Shown piece by piece: positions 9,202 through 18,968 of a stretch of DNA of 64,000 nucleotides. Source of the DNA: a plasmid; sequence record NZ_CP072215.1, one strand, 5' to 3'. Below the pieces are notes generated by a model. It was not told where the DNA came from. It saw nothing but the letters and a program-made list of their open reading frames with translations, and did not search any database. How positions within the stretch are numbered: the stretch's first letter is position 1; each line of letters begins with the position of its first letter. Both the position numbers and the translations under genes were made by a program.

Positions 9202-9459
9202 TTATAGCAGGGAACTGTTTTTATCCAAGTAGTCAGATATAGCCTCTTGCAATACCGATTTTAGCGAATCGCCTTTGCGGATCGCGATCAGCTTTAAGTT
9301 CTGGTGATAGGTTTCGTCCATGACAAAATTACAATGCACGGTTTTCGCTTTCTTCGGCTTTTGAGCCTCTTTTTGCCCGGCCGTGGATTGGATCAGGCTG
9401 TCTAATCCCCCGGTCAGCCCGGCCGACATACTGTTTTTTAAATCGTTCTTCTTTGCCAT
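9202..9459 (-). CDS. small basic DNA-binding protein, putative ParA partner (DUF3408/RHH-like)
   Basis: 85 aa, K-rich N-terminus, C-terminal KTVHCNFVMDETYHQNLKLIAIRKG. Immediately downstream of parA with a 5-bp gap. Confidence 0.4.
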   Translation of the reverse strand: MAKKNDLKNSMSAGLTGGLDSLIQSTAGQKEAQKPKKAKTVHCNFVMDETYHQNLKLIAIRKGDSLKSVLQEAISDYLDKNSSLL

Positions 9460-9463
9460 ATGG

Positions 9464-10222
9464 TTACTTTATTTCTGTTAGCAGTTCGTTACATACCTTT
9501 TCGTAGTCCTCTGCCCCGGCAGATTTGGGGGCATAGTGAAAAATATCCTGCCCTTGTGTCGGGGCTTCGGCCAGCGTAATGGCGTTGCGTATATGGGTGC
9601 TGAACACTTTGCCCTGGAATGTTTCCTGTACCAGTTCCGAAACGCTCTTGTTCAGGTTCTTTCTTCCGTCGTACTGGGTTATCAGAACCCCGGCTATCGA
9701 AAGATCCGAGTTCAAACGTTGCTGCACCTTGTGGACGACCTGCATAAGTTTGGCCATTCCACGCATTGCCAGGAATTGAGCCTGAACCGGGATAATCAAC
9801 CGATCCGAGGCCGTCAGTGCGTTAAGCGTGAGCAGCGACAGCGAGGGGGGACAGTCGATCAGGATATAATCGAATTTCTCCTTTTGGCCCTTGATAAGGT
9901 GGGCTAAGATAAGCTCCCGTCCGGCCTCGTTGATTAACTCCGTTTCAACGGCCGAGAGATCCAGGCAGGAGGGAACGACGCTAAGGCCGTCCTTATGCTC
10001 GTAGATCGGCAGGTCGTATTCGCCTTTCATCGCACCGTAGATCGTTTGGGGAAGCTCCGCAGAGAAGCCCAGCGATTCGGTCAGGTTGGCCTGCCCGTCA
10101 AGGTCGATCAAAAGAACCTTGTACCCTTTTTGACGTAACGCACCGCCCAGGTTGATCGTGGTTGTGGTCTTTCCTACTCCCCCCTTGTGATTCAATACGG
10201 AGATTACTTTTGCTTTGCTCAT
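9464..10222 (-). CDS. parA: ParA/Soj-family P-loop ATPase (TraA-like partition ATPase of Bacteroides conjugative elements)
   Basis: Deviant Walker A KGGVGKTTT; 252 aa. Confidence 0.9.
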   Translation of the reverse strand: MSKAKVISVLNHKGGVGKTTTTINLGGALRQKGYKVLLIDLDGQANLTESLGFSAELPQTIYGAMKGEYDLPIYEHKDGLSVVPSCLDLSAVETELINEAGRELILAHLIKGQKEKFDYILIDCPPSLSLLTLNALTASDRLIIPVQAQFLAMRGMAKLMQVVHKVQQRLNSDLSIAGVLITQYDGRKNLNKSVSELVQETFQGKVFSTHIRNAITLAEAPTQGQDIFHYAPKSAGAEDYEKVCNELLTEIK

Positions 10223-10324
10223 AAATTCAGTTTTTTAAATGGTTGTCATGTCCGCAACATATAGTCAAAATACTAATATACTAAAAGACTAAAAGTAGTA
10301 TTTTCGTTTTTTGCGTGTTTTTTG

Positions 10325-10392
10325 TACCGATCGGGGAAGCGTACCGAAATAAATCCTGTTTCCGTCTTTCGGTACGTTTTGTTTCTGTACCG
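10325..10392. promoter_or_regulatory. GTACCG/CGGTAC repeat cluster incl. perfect 10-bp inverted repeat CGTACCGAAA-N17-TTTCGGTACG; candidate centromere/operator upstream of parA
   Basis: Four GTACCG half-sites within 70 bp in the parA upstream region. Confidence 0.35.
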
Positions 10393-10508
10393 GAATTAAT
10401 CAAAGATTAGAATAACCATAAATGTTTTTATACGTTAATCATACGTATGTATATATGTATATATTTGTTTTGAGTATCTTTGTGTGCTATGAATAAAAAA
10501 TAAAAGAC

Positions 10509-10838
10509 ATGAGCACTTATTCGTATAAAAATCCGAAGTTTATAAATTCCCCTAAAGGGGTGGTTGAAGTTGTAGAAGTGATTTATGACGGCAAAGATGA
10601 TCCGGCCTATTCACTGGCTATTATTAAATGGGAAAATACCTATAAATTAGGTATTCGTTGGAACATCGCTTATAGTGAATGGGACGATTACCGCAAACAG
10701 AACGGGCAAGATGAATGTATAGGTAATCCACAGTCGAGAGGTATTCCCACCTGGTTTGTTTTGCCCGATGATATGATGTTTAGTGAGAAGTTCAGCGGTG
10801 CGATGCAGAGGCTTGATGAATTAAGAAAAGGTAAATAA
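10509..10838 (+). CDS. hypothetical protein
   Basis: 109-aa ORF 4 bp upstream of the RhuM-family gene. No recognisable motif. Confidence 0.4.
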   Translation: MSTYSYKNPKFINSPKGVVEVVEVIYDGKDDPAYSLAIIKWENTYKLGIRWNIAYSEWDDYRKQNGQDECIGNPQSRGIPTWFVLPDDMMFSEKFSGAMQRLDELRKGK

Positions 10839-10841
10839 GTA

Positions 10842-11678
10842 ATGGAACAGGGAGAAATCATATTATACCAGCCGGATGAAGCGGTCAGGTTGGAAGTGAG
10901 GCTGGAAGATGAAACCGTTTGGCTGACACAGGCGCAAATTGTGGATCTTTTTCAATCCAGCAAAGCAAATATAAGCGAGCATATAAAAAACATATATGAT
11001 CAGAAAGAATTAGAGGAAAGTTCAACTGTTCGGGATTTCCGAACAGTTCGACAGGAAGGCAAACGGCAAGTGATGCGCAATCTGACTTATTACAATTTGG
11101 ATGCGATCATATCCATTGGGTTTCGTGTCAATAGTAAAAGAGGTATTTTATTTAGGCAATGGGCGAATAAGGTTTTAAAGGACTATCTTTTAAAAGGGTA
11201 TTCCATTAATAAACGTTTGTCAGAACTTGAAAGGACTGTCGCTCAACATACCGAGAAGATAGATTTTTTTGTGCGTACTGCCTTGCCCCCGGTCGAAGGC
11301 ATTTTTTATAACGGCCAGATTTTCGATGCGTACAAGTTCGCTACCGATCTGGTAAAGTCGGCCAGGCGTTCGATCGTGCTTATCGACAACTATGTGGACG
11401 AAACGGTCTTGCTCATGTTGAGTAAACGCAGCGTCGGTGTCTCGGCCACCATTTACACCCAGCGTATCACGCAGCAACTCCAACTTGATCTTGACAGGCA
11501 TAACAGCCAGTACCCACCTATCGACATCAGGACGTACCGGGACAGTCACGACCGTTTCCTGATCGTTGATGAAACGGACGTGTACCATATCGGAGCCTCG
11601 TTAAAGGATCTGGGGAAAAAGATGTTCGCTTTCTCAAAGCTGGATATTCCGGCGGCTGTGATTACTGACCTGTTATAA
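10842..11678 (+). CDS. RhuM-family virulence/DNA-binding protein
   Basis: N-terminal ILYQPDEAVRLEVRLEDETVWLTQAQI and C-terminal YHIGASLKDLGKKMFAFSKL blocks typical of RhuM/ORF6N-type proteins. Confidence 0.8.
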   Translation: MEQGEIILYQPDEAVRLEVRLEDETVWLTQAQIVDLFQSSKANISEHIKNIYDQKELEESSTVRDFRTVRQEGKRQVMRNLTYYNLDAIISIGFRVNSKRGILFRQWANKVLKDYLLKGYSINKRLSELERTVAQHTEKIDFFVRTALPPVEGIFYNGQIFDAYKFATDLVKSARRSIVLIDNYVDETVLLMLSKRSVGVSATIYTQRITQQLQLDLDRHNSQYPPIDIRTYRDSHDRFLIVDETDVYHIGASLKDLGKKMFAFSKLDIPAAVITDLL

Positions 11679-11919
11679 TATCCTTTGTCTTATGAATGGG
11701 CTGTCGCAAAAGAAAAACCCGTTCTTGATGAACGGGTATATCCTTGACTTGGTTACGTGTTTTGATAACAGAGGCTTTACCAAGCATTACAATGCAAAGA
11801 TAGTAATTATAGGTTAATTAGCGAATTTCTTTTTTGGATAGATCCGGAAATAATGCCTCCTTGAAAGAGGTGGATAAGGTGATTAAAACAATAGATAAGG
11901 AAGAACAAAAGCAAAAGGG

Positions 11920-12558
11920 ATGAATGTGGTTATTTATTCACGTGTAAGCTCGCAGTCGGCCAGGCAATCGACCGAACGGCAGGTTGTCGATCTGGAGAGG
12001 TTCGCAGCCGGACGGGGGTACGAGGTGACGGCGGTCTTTGAGGAAAAGATAAGCGGACGAAAGGCCAATATCGAACGCCCGGTTTTAAGCCGTTGCCTGG
12101 AATACTGCACAGATCCGCAGAACCGGGTGGATATGTTGTTGCTGACCGAGATCTCACGCCTGGGGCGTTCAACCCTGGAGATCCTAAAGTCACTCGATAC
12201 GCTGCACACGCATAAAATATGCGTGTATATTCAAAACCTGAACCTGGAAACGTTACGGCCGGACAAGACGGTAAACCCCTTGTCCTCTCTGATCACTACC
12301 CTGTTGGGGGAACTGGCCGCGATCGAACGCCAGGGGATCATCGACCGCCTTAATAGCGGACGGGAGTTGTACATCCAGAAAGGGGGCAGGCTGGGACGGA
12401 AGCCGGGAAGCCGGAAAACGGCCGAACAGAGGAAAGAGGAATACCGGGAGGCGATCGCCTTGTTAAAGAAAGGCTACTCGATCCGGAACGTGGCGAAGCT
12501 CACGGGAAAGGCCGTTTCGACGATACAACAAGTAAAAAAAGACTTCATTAGTAGCTGA
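11920..12558 (+). CDS. serine recombinase (resolvase/invertase family) with C-terminal HTH
   Basis: Catalytic YSRVSS (Ser10), ISRLGRS motif, C-terminal YSIRNVAKLTGKAVSTIQQV HTH. GC content clearly above flanks. Confidence 0.9.
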   Translation: MNVVIYSRVSSQSARQSTERQVVDLERFAAGRGYEVTAVFEEKISGRKANIERPVLSRCLEYCTDPQNRVDMLLLTEISRLGRSTLEILKSLDTLHTHKICVYIQNLNLETLRPDKTVNPLSSLITTLLGELAAIERQGIIDRLNSGRELYIQKGGRLGRKPGSRKTAEQRKEEYREAIALLKKGYSIRNVAKLTGKAVSTIQQVKKDFISS

Positions 12559-12570
12559 TTATCGGAACAA

Positions 12571-12656
12571 ATATTGTATTTTTGCAACAAATACGAGTAA
12601 ATGCACATAATTAAAAACGAGTATTTACACGTGTCTAAAAACGAGTATTTGCACGA
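12571..12656. promoter_or_regulatory. res-like site: palindrome GTATTTTTGCAACAAATAC plus three direct copies of ACGAGTAWWTRCAC
   Basis: Directly downstream of the resolvase stop. 6-bp-arm palindrome and 3 spaced direct repeats. Confidence 0.4.
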
Positions 12657-12796
12657 AAATAATCAGAATCTAAATAAAAACGGTTATGGCAACAATGGCG
12701 GAGAAAATGGCGGCTTCACTGGAGGAATTAAGAAAGCTCCAGGAGAAAGACCGCTGTGTCGTCCTGCAAGGGACGGCCGAGATAGGGAGGACGCAT

Positions 12797-13309
12797 TTAA
12801 CCCGGCTGTTGGATAACGGCTGGTTGCAGGAAGCCTAATCCGAAGCCGTCTTTTGCGGCGGCATTTGAAAGACGTTCAAATGCACCGAATACTCGTTGTT
12901 GCTCATCTTCGGTCATGCCCGTACCGGTATCTTCAACGATAAGTTTCAGCAAACCGTTATCATAATCCGCTGCCAATGATACACTACCGTTATCCGTGAA
13001 CTTGATGGCGTTTGACAACAAGTTGTTGCCGATTTGCAGGATACGTTCCTTGTCGGTCAAAACCACCGCATCGGTGTGGCTCTCCACTATCAAAGTCAGC
13101 CCCTTGTTCATGGCAATGGGCATGAACTCCGTTTCAAGAATATGCGTGATTGCGGAAATCCTGCAAGGGGAAAGGTTGGGTTGCTCCTTGCCGTTGTCCA
13201 GACGGAAGAAATCCAGCAGCGTGTTGAGCATCTCCCGCATACGCTCGGAAGATTGCCGGATATTATCCACATACATGGTGCTTTTATCCGCGCTACAACT
13301 TTTCTGCAT
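12797..13309 (-). pseudogene. sensor histidine kinase fragment (end of DHp + HATPase_c), truncated at both ends
   Basis: N-box LLSNAIKFT and G-box DTGTGM. No sensor, H-box or TM region. Bounded by the resolvase island and the radical SAM gene. Confidence 0.7.
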
Positions 13310-13324
13310 CAGTCCGGCATAGCC

Positions 13325-14200
13325 TCATTTTGTCAATCGTATTTTTTCGTGGTAGAAGTAGTTTACGATGACAGGTTTGCCTTTTTCCGAGCGTCCGTAT
13401 GGCAGATCGTTTATACGATACGGGAAGCCCTGCTCCTTGGCGTAATTTGAAATGTCCTGCTCCAATGCCTGCCAGTATTCAAGCCTTTTTTTATTGTAAA
13501 TTTCCTCGTAAAGCGGTATGAGGTCAGGATACTTCTCACGGATATACGTCATTATCCCGCCTTTGAACTGCCCGCGTAAATTCAGGTTTTCAAGCCAGAT
13601 TAAATCAGCATAATCTTTTACCTCCTCTATTATTGCCTTTACGTCTGTTATTCTGGGGAATATGGGCGAGACGAAGCATACGGTGCGGATACCTGCCTCG
13701 TATGTCTGACGCATCGCTTTCAGACGGCGTTCAATGCTTACGGCGTTGTCCATATCTGCGCAGAACTGCTCGTCGAGCGTATTGACAGACCATGACACAG
13801 TCACTTTGGGAAAACTCTTCAACAGGTCGAGATCGCGAAGGACAAGATCGGACTTTGTGCATATCATAATCTCGGCATCGCTTCCTCGCAGCTCTTCGAG
13901 CAGCCTTCGGGTACGGTGGAATTCTTCTTCATACGGATTGTAACCGTCCGTCACAGACCCTATTACAACACGTTCACCGTCGTATTTATGAGGATTCGTT
14001 ATCGGCTTCCAGTTTTTTACATCTAAAAACGTACCCCACGGCTCGGTGTGCCCGGTGAACCGTTTCATGAACGATGCGTAGCAATACCTGCAGGCGTGGG
14101 GACACCCTACATAAGGGTTGACCGAATATCCTCCCACCGGCAGAGAGGATTTGGTCATTACACTCTTTACATCTATTTCCTTTATTGTATCCATATTCAT
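13325..14200 (-). CDS. radical SAM protein, spore-photoproduct-lyase-like (SplB-like) family
   Basis: CxxxCxxC cluster GCPHACRYCY near the N-terminus; 291 aa. Confidence 0.8.
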   Translation of the reverse strand: MNMDTIKEIDVKSVMTKSSLPVGGYSVNPYVGCPHACRYCYASFMKRFTGHTEPWGTFLDVKNWKPITNPHKYDGERVVIGSVTDGYNPYEEEFHRTRRLLEELRGSDAEIMICTKSDLVLRDLDLLKSFPKVTVSWSVNTLDEQFCADMDNAVSIERRLKAMRQTYEAGIRTVCFVSPIFPRITDVKAIIEEVKDYADLIWLENLNLRGQFKGGIMTYIREKYPDLIPLYEEIYNKKRLEYWQALEQDISNYAKEQGFPYRINDLPYGRSEKGKPVIVNYFYHEKIRLTK

Positions 14201-14865
14201 TGTATTCGTCTGGTAAATTGTTCCGGCAATTCCTGAATCATTCTTTCGTCGCCCATAATCGGCAGCAAATCCTCTTTCATGAACACCGGTATGCCATGAG
14301 CCTTTGCCTGTTCTGCAATGCTAAGCACCCATTCGGGGCGCGAATATGACTTTCCTTTTCGGTTTCCGGTCTCTGTGCCTATGACAATCCAGTCAATTCC
14401 CTCGAAATCAATCTCGCCGATATCATCGAAGAGAGGTTCAAACGTGACATGGTAGTGTCGTGCTTTGATATTCTTTTTCAAATCATCAATCCTCCTTTTC
14501 TCGGAACTGCGCGTAACGGTCACGCCCATCCATACGTTCTCGTCGTCAGAGGAGAAACTGATTTTGTCAGGGCGCTTCGTCAGAAAGATATAGGCGTGCT
14601 GGGGATTGCTGCTGATCCGCTCGAAAATTTCTGCGTTCCATTCAGGCTTCCAATCGGAGAAATCGCTCATTCCTGTCATGAGCCACACATGAGGACGGGA
14701 CGTATCGATGATGCGCAGTTTTCGTTCCATGTATTCAGGCACGGAAAAGTCGTCGGTAATGTGGAAACGGCGGCAGTTGTTACGGGCATAGCAGTAAGGG
14801 CATCCTATAGTGCACCCTACCACTATGTTCATGTTTTTTATCAGGGATTTAATGCAGACACTCAT
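14197..14865 (-). CDS. DUF5131 / phage Gp37-Gp68 family protein
   Basis: Cys triad GCTIGCPYCY. 4-nt overlaps with both neighbours. Confidence 0.7.
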   Translation of the reverse strand: MSVCIKSLIKNMNIVVGCTIGCPYCYARNNCRRFHITDDFSVPEYMERKLRIIDTSRPHVWLMTGMSDFSDWKPEWNAEIFERISSNPQHAYIFLTKRPDKISFSSDDENVWMGVTVTRSSEKRRIDDLKKNIKARHYHVTFEPLFDDIGEIDFEGIDWIVIGTETGNRKGKSYSRPEWVLSIAEQAKAHGIPVFMKEDLLPIMGDERMIQELPEQFTRRIQ

Positions 14866-15638
14866 AACACAACTGTTTCTCCGTCCTCCGGGATAATCAG
14901 CCGGCTCATGTCGGCTTCGTGATGCGTTGCCTCATTGCGCAGAATTGCACGGGTGGTCTGGCAATGGTCGATGGCATCCATGTGTACGGCTATCAGCTTG
15001 ATATGCGAAGGCAATTCGTCAAGTATCTGCATCACTTCGTTCTCGTCGGGGATGATAGGACCGTCCGTTTTGGAAAATTCGGGAAAGATTGCACCTCCGG
15101 AGTTTACCACGATATAGTCAGGATTGAACCGTTCCACGGTGTCTCGGATACATGCTTCCCATCGGCAGTCACCCATTATATAAACGGTCGGGAAGCCCTC
15201 GGCTTTTAGCACATAACCTGATACAGGTCCCATCATCTGCCCGATCTGCCCGAAACCATGATGTCCGGTCGTGCGGTAAATGGATATGCCGTCTATTGTT
15301 TTTATTTCTTCGATGGGTATCACATTTGTAAATCCGTCGTTTCTGATGGCGTCCGCGTCCTGGGGCTGAACGTAGAAAGGAATTTCTTTGGGCAAATGTG
15401 TGGGGACACTCGGCTCGTAATGGTCGATGTGATTGTGGGTCAGGAGCACCATGTCCACGCCTCCGATAATATCCTGAATAGGAATGGTGAGGTGTACCCT
15501 CGGTGTTTTATTCACACCGAGGGCCGATATCAAAGTGCCTTTGTCGGCTAAAACGGGGTCAATTAGCATGGTGTGTCCCGCATACCTGATTTTCAAGGTG
15601 GCATTGCGCACCAATTGTACTGTAGATGTCTTTTTCAT
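14862..15638 (-). CDS. MBL-fold metallo-hydrolase
   Basis: HxHxDH motif THNHIDH; 258 aa. Confidence 0.85.
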   Translation of the reverse strand: MKKTSTVQLVRNATLKIRYAGHTMLIDPVLADKGTLISALGVNKTPRVHLTIPIQDIIGGVDMVLLTHNHIDHYEPSVPTHLPKEIPFYVQPQDADAIRNDGFTNVIPIEEIKTIDGISIYRTTGHHGFGQIGQMMGPVSGYVLKAEGFPTVYIMGDCRWEACIRDTVERFNPDYIVVNSGGAIFPEFSKTDGPIIPDENEVMQILDELPSHIKLIAVHMDAIDHCQTTRAILRNEATHHEADMSRLIIPEDGETVVL

Positions 15639-15744
15639 GACTATATGTCTTGTTATTGATTACGGGTGCAAAGTTCGGAAGAATCCGGCGAAACATCTAT
15701 GCCTGAAAAAACGGTAATTATGCCATTTTGATAAATGAAATTAT

Positions 15745-15752
15745 TATCTTTG
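15745..15752 (+). promoter_or_regulatory. Bacteroides-type -7 promoter motif TAtcTTTG upstream of the araC-family gene
   Basis: Matches TAnnTTTG ~17 bp upstream of the ATG at 15769. Spacing to the upstream TTTG is shorter than consensus. Confidence 0.3.
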
Positions 15753-15768
15753 CAAAAACGACAAGGAT

Positions 15769-16668
15769 ATGGACGAGATAATCAACCCTGATCGACTGGT
15801 CAGCGTACCGTTCAACAAGACACGCTGCGGCGTGGATTTTTACATCAATACTGCCATAAACAAGGACATCGGACTTGTGCTGACAGAAAACAAGCGGTTT
15901 AAGACAGACTTCTTCAGCTTCTACTTTTTCCGTAAGGCAAACGGATATTTGCTACTGAACTTCCGCAAGATTGAACTGCGCGACGGCATGGTTCTCCTGC
16001 TTTCACCCCATCAGCAACAAGAGTGGCATGTAGATGAGACGGCGTTGGATTACACGTTCCTTATATTCCGCGAAGATTTCATGCGTACTTTTATCGCCGA
16101 CAAGTTCTTCGTTTTTCGCCTTTTGTATTGTTACCAGACAGATACGCCGCCTTACATCAATGCCACACATGACGAAATGAAGGAATATATGCGGCTGCTC
16201 GGAAAGATTAAGTATGAGCTGATGAATCCAGTGTCCGATACGTACAATATCATTGTTTCCTTACTATATTATCTTTTGCTGATTATCAATCGTACATACG
16301 CTGCCGCCTATTGCTTGCCCGCTGAAATTGCTAAAAACAATTTCGCTTTTCGGTTCAAGGACTTGTTGGAACAGAATATCCGCACCCACCAGCGGGTGCA
16401 GGAATATGCAGACATGCTTCATGTCAGTCGCATCACACTCAATAACTCAGTAAAAGCCCAATTCGGAGTATCAGCTACCCATTTGATAAAACAACGTCTG
16501 CTTGAGGAACTGAAGAACGAATTGCTATTCTCCAACCGCACTGTCAGTGAAATGGCGGATGATTTCAATTTCTCTGATCCGAGCCATCTCATGCGCTTCT
16601 TCAAACAGCAAACAGGCAAAACATTTACTCAGTACATGACGGATTACAATAAAGGCATATACGAATAA
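15769..16668 (+). CDS. AraC-family transcriptional regulator
   Basis: C-terminal double HTH (LHVSRITLNNSVKAQFGVS ... SDPSHLMRFFKQQTGKTFTQY). Divergent from the radical-SAM operon. Confidence 0.85.
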   Translation: MDEIINPDRLVSVPFNKTRCGVDFYINTAINKDIGLVLTENKRFKTDFFSFYFFRKANGYLLLNFRKIELRDGMVLLLSPHQQQEWHVDETALDYTFLIFREDFMRTFIADKFFVFRLLYCYQTDTPPYINATHDEMKEYMRLLGKIKYELMNPVSDTYNIIVSLLYYLLLIINRTYAAAYCLPAEIAKNNFAFRFKDLLEQNIRTHQRVQEYADMLHVSRITLNNSVKAQFGVSATHLIKQRLLEELKNELLFSNRTVSEMADDFNFSDPSHLMRFFKQQTGKTFTQYMTDYNKGIYE

Positions 16669-16715
16669 CTTCTTAATATAGTCGATAGCGGCTATCGAAA
16701 TATGGTTGTTGATGT

Positions 16716-16904
16716 TCAGGCGTTTTTGTACTGCATGAACCATTTTACGATTTCTGGATCTTCGTGCGAGCCGAGTAAGAAAGGCTTGTCGGTATCCAGC
16801 GTCTTTATCCGTGCCATGTCGTCGGCCGACAGGGTGAAGTCTAATATGTCGAGATTCTGCTTCATGCGTTCCGGTTTCACAGACTTAGGAATAATTATGC
16901 ACAC
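16716..16904 (-). pseudogene. aldo/keto reductase, C-terminal fragment only
   Basis: IIPKSVKPERMKQNLDILDFTLSADDMARIKTLD matches the AKR C-terminal signature. Only 62 aa present. Confidence 0.7.
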
Positions 16905-16927
16905 TGATATTTATCGCGCCCGGACAG

Positions 16928-17587
16928 GTGTTCGGTGCGGAAGATGACGGCATGCAGTTCCAACCAGATGGCTACCTGCTTATGTTCCATCCCGACCTGC
17001 TGCGGAATACACCTCTCGGGCGGATAATGCGTGAATATTCGTTCTTTTCCTACGAGACAAACGAGGCATTGCACCTTAGTGTGGAAGAACGGCAAATCAT
17101 CATGGATTGCTTCCACAAGATTCAATATGAATTGAACCATCCGATACACCGTCACAGCAAGAACCTCATCACAGACAGCATCAAGACGTTCCTTGATTAC
17201 TGCACACGTTTCTATGACCGTCAGTTCATCACACGCGACAACCAAAACCGAGACATCCTCGCAAGATTTGAGCGGTTGCTTGACGAATACTTCCATGATG
17301 GGGCTGCTAAACGGATAGGCTTGCCCACTGTACAGTATTGTGCAGACAAGCTCTGCCTCTCGCCCAACTATTTCAGTGATTTATTGAAAAAAGAAACAGG
17401 TTCAACCGCCCTGCATTTCATTCATGACAAGTCTATTGAAATAGCCAAGACGGAACTTGCATCTACAGACGACACCGTTAATGAAATCGCCTATAATCTC
17501 GGTTTTCAGTACCCGCAACATTTTACCCGACTGTTCAAGAAAGAGGTAGGTTACACTCCGAATGAATATAGAGCGCAAGTGTCGTGA
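16928..17587 (+). pseudogene. AraC-family regulator lacking ~70 N-terminal residues
   Basis: Complete C-terminal HTH pair, but the ligand-binding domain starts abruptly. No clean N-terminus. Confidence 0.55.
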
Positions 17588-17608
17588 GAATTGGATTAGT
17601 ACAGAATA

Positions 17609-18556
17609 TTAGAACCCAACACCTCTCTTGCGCTTAACTTTCTTCCTTCTGCGAAGTATATCCACCATTTCCTGATTGGCTTCCGCATCAGCAGTGTTAT
17701 AAGATGAGCCACTGCTTTTTAGCAATCCCCAAGAGCCGTTGAACAACTCGCTTTGTGCCGTGCCGGACGGTGCGCTTGGTGTAGCCGTTTCATATATTCC
17801 GGCTGTTATTCCCATACGTTCCCTGCATCTGTTGTGCTGCAAAGCCGCGTCAATCTTGGAATAACTGAAACGCCTGTCCACTTTGGAGCCGTTGAAATGG
17901 TAGCCATTCATGGAGAATACAACACCCTGCACCTCGCTGGTCTGCCCCTTATGCTTGAAATGTACTTCCACTCCCTGCCGTTTCAGGTTGGCGATAAGCA
18001 CGTTCCAGTTGCCGCATCTGCCGACTTCCATTTTGATGATGTCGTAAAGCGCATATTTCGTCCTGTCTGGCTCTTTCAGGCGGTTGCGTTTGACATTGTC
18101 CTTTCCGCCAGCCATATGCAAGCCGTATTTCAAGGTCAATTCCTTGCAGATGCGGGTACTGCGCAGACGCTCGTGCCTGTCCGATATGGTATTGCCGTTG
18201 TTGTCTATGCGGTTGAAAGCAATATGCACGTGCGGATGCTCCTTGTCGAAATGCTGGGCGATGAAGAACTGCGTATTCTTGATTCCCATCCGTTCCATAT
18301 ATTCAAGCGCGATGCCTGCCATGATACGGTTCGTCAGCCGTAACTCATCCTCTTTGGAAAAACTCAACGCGATATGTCCGACAGGTTTTGTCACCTTATC
18401 GTTCATCCGTGACTGGGCATTGAAACTCATGGCGATAGTTTCCAGATTTTCCATAAACAAGCCTTCGCTTGCTACTATCTGCGTATCCTTCTTCTTGTCG
18501 ATGATGTAATCCACCGCACCCTTGAAGTCGCTTCCTTTTACGATTTTCGCCATCAT
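17609..18556 (-). CDS. mobB: relaxase/mobilization nuclease (MobA/VirD2 superfamily; Bacteroides MobB-like)
   Basis: Motif HPHVHIAFNRID (HxH) and N-terminal VGHIALSF block; 315 aa. Confidence 0.85.
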   Translation of the reverse strand: MMAKIVKGSDFKGAVDYIIDKKKDTQIVASEGLFMENLETIAMSFNAQSRMNDKVTKPVGHIALSFSKEDELRLTNRIMAGIALEYMERMGIKNTQFFIAQHFDKEHPHVHIAFNRIDNNGNTISDRHERLRSTRICKELTLKYGLHMAGGKDNVKRNRLKEPDRTKYALYDIIKMEVGRCGNWNVLIANLKRQGVEVHFKHKGQTSEVQGVVFSMNGYHFNGSKVDRRFSYSKIDAALQHNRCRERMGITAGIYETATPSAPSGTAQSELFNGSWGLLKSSGSSYNTADAEANQEMVDILRRRKKVKRKRGVGF

Positions 18557-18945
18557 ATCCCTATCTTGGTTATAAGTTCATGAATCCTTGCCACTGCCAC
18601 CTTGCAGTCCCACCGTTCATCGTGGAAGCCTCCGGCGTTTGCCTTACGCGCAAGCTGGTTGAGATTGTTAGCCATGCCGCAGAGTTGGCGGATGTATCCG
18701 GCATGTTCCTCCGACAGCCGTTCTTTCACATGACCGTTACGGAAACATTCCCTCATGTACTCGCTTGGTGATACGCCCGCCTCATGCGATCGTGTCAGCA
18801 GGCGGAAGTAGTCGGCTGCCGTCATTTTCACTGCGATACGGTATTTCAGTTTCTCGGTTGCTGTTAATTCTTTGTATTTTCTTACCTGCCTCAAATCCGC
18901 AACTAAGCCCTTCAACGTCCTTCTTGCGTGTACACGTCCTCTCAT
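18553..18945 (-). CDS. mobA: MobC-family relaxosome accessory protein (Bacteroides MobA-like)
   Basis: Conserved LCGMANNLNQLARKAN motif. 4-nt overlap with the relaxase gene. Confidence 0.8.
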   Translation of the reverse strand: MRGRVHARRTLKGLVADLRQVRKYKELTATEKLKYRIAVKMTAADYFRLLTRSHEAGVSPSEYMRECFRNGHVKERLSEEHAGYIRQLCGMANNLNQLARKANAGGFHDERWDCKVAVARIHELITKIGI

Positions 18946-18968
18946 TACTGAATTATCAGATAAATTGA

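Noticed and set aside
12601-12816. 71-aa ORF downstream of the resolvase
   Set aside because: Spans the res-like repeat region and is antisense to the kinase fragment. Composition (G/N-rich) looks non-protein-like.
15727-15752. Full Bacteroides sigma-A promoter (-33 TTTG plus -7 TAnnTTTG) for the araC-family gene
   Set aside because: The -7 motif matches but the spacing to the upstream TTTG is ~14 bp instead of ~19-21, so only the -7 motif is reported, at low confidence.
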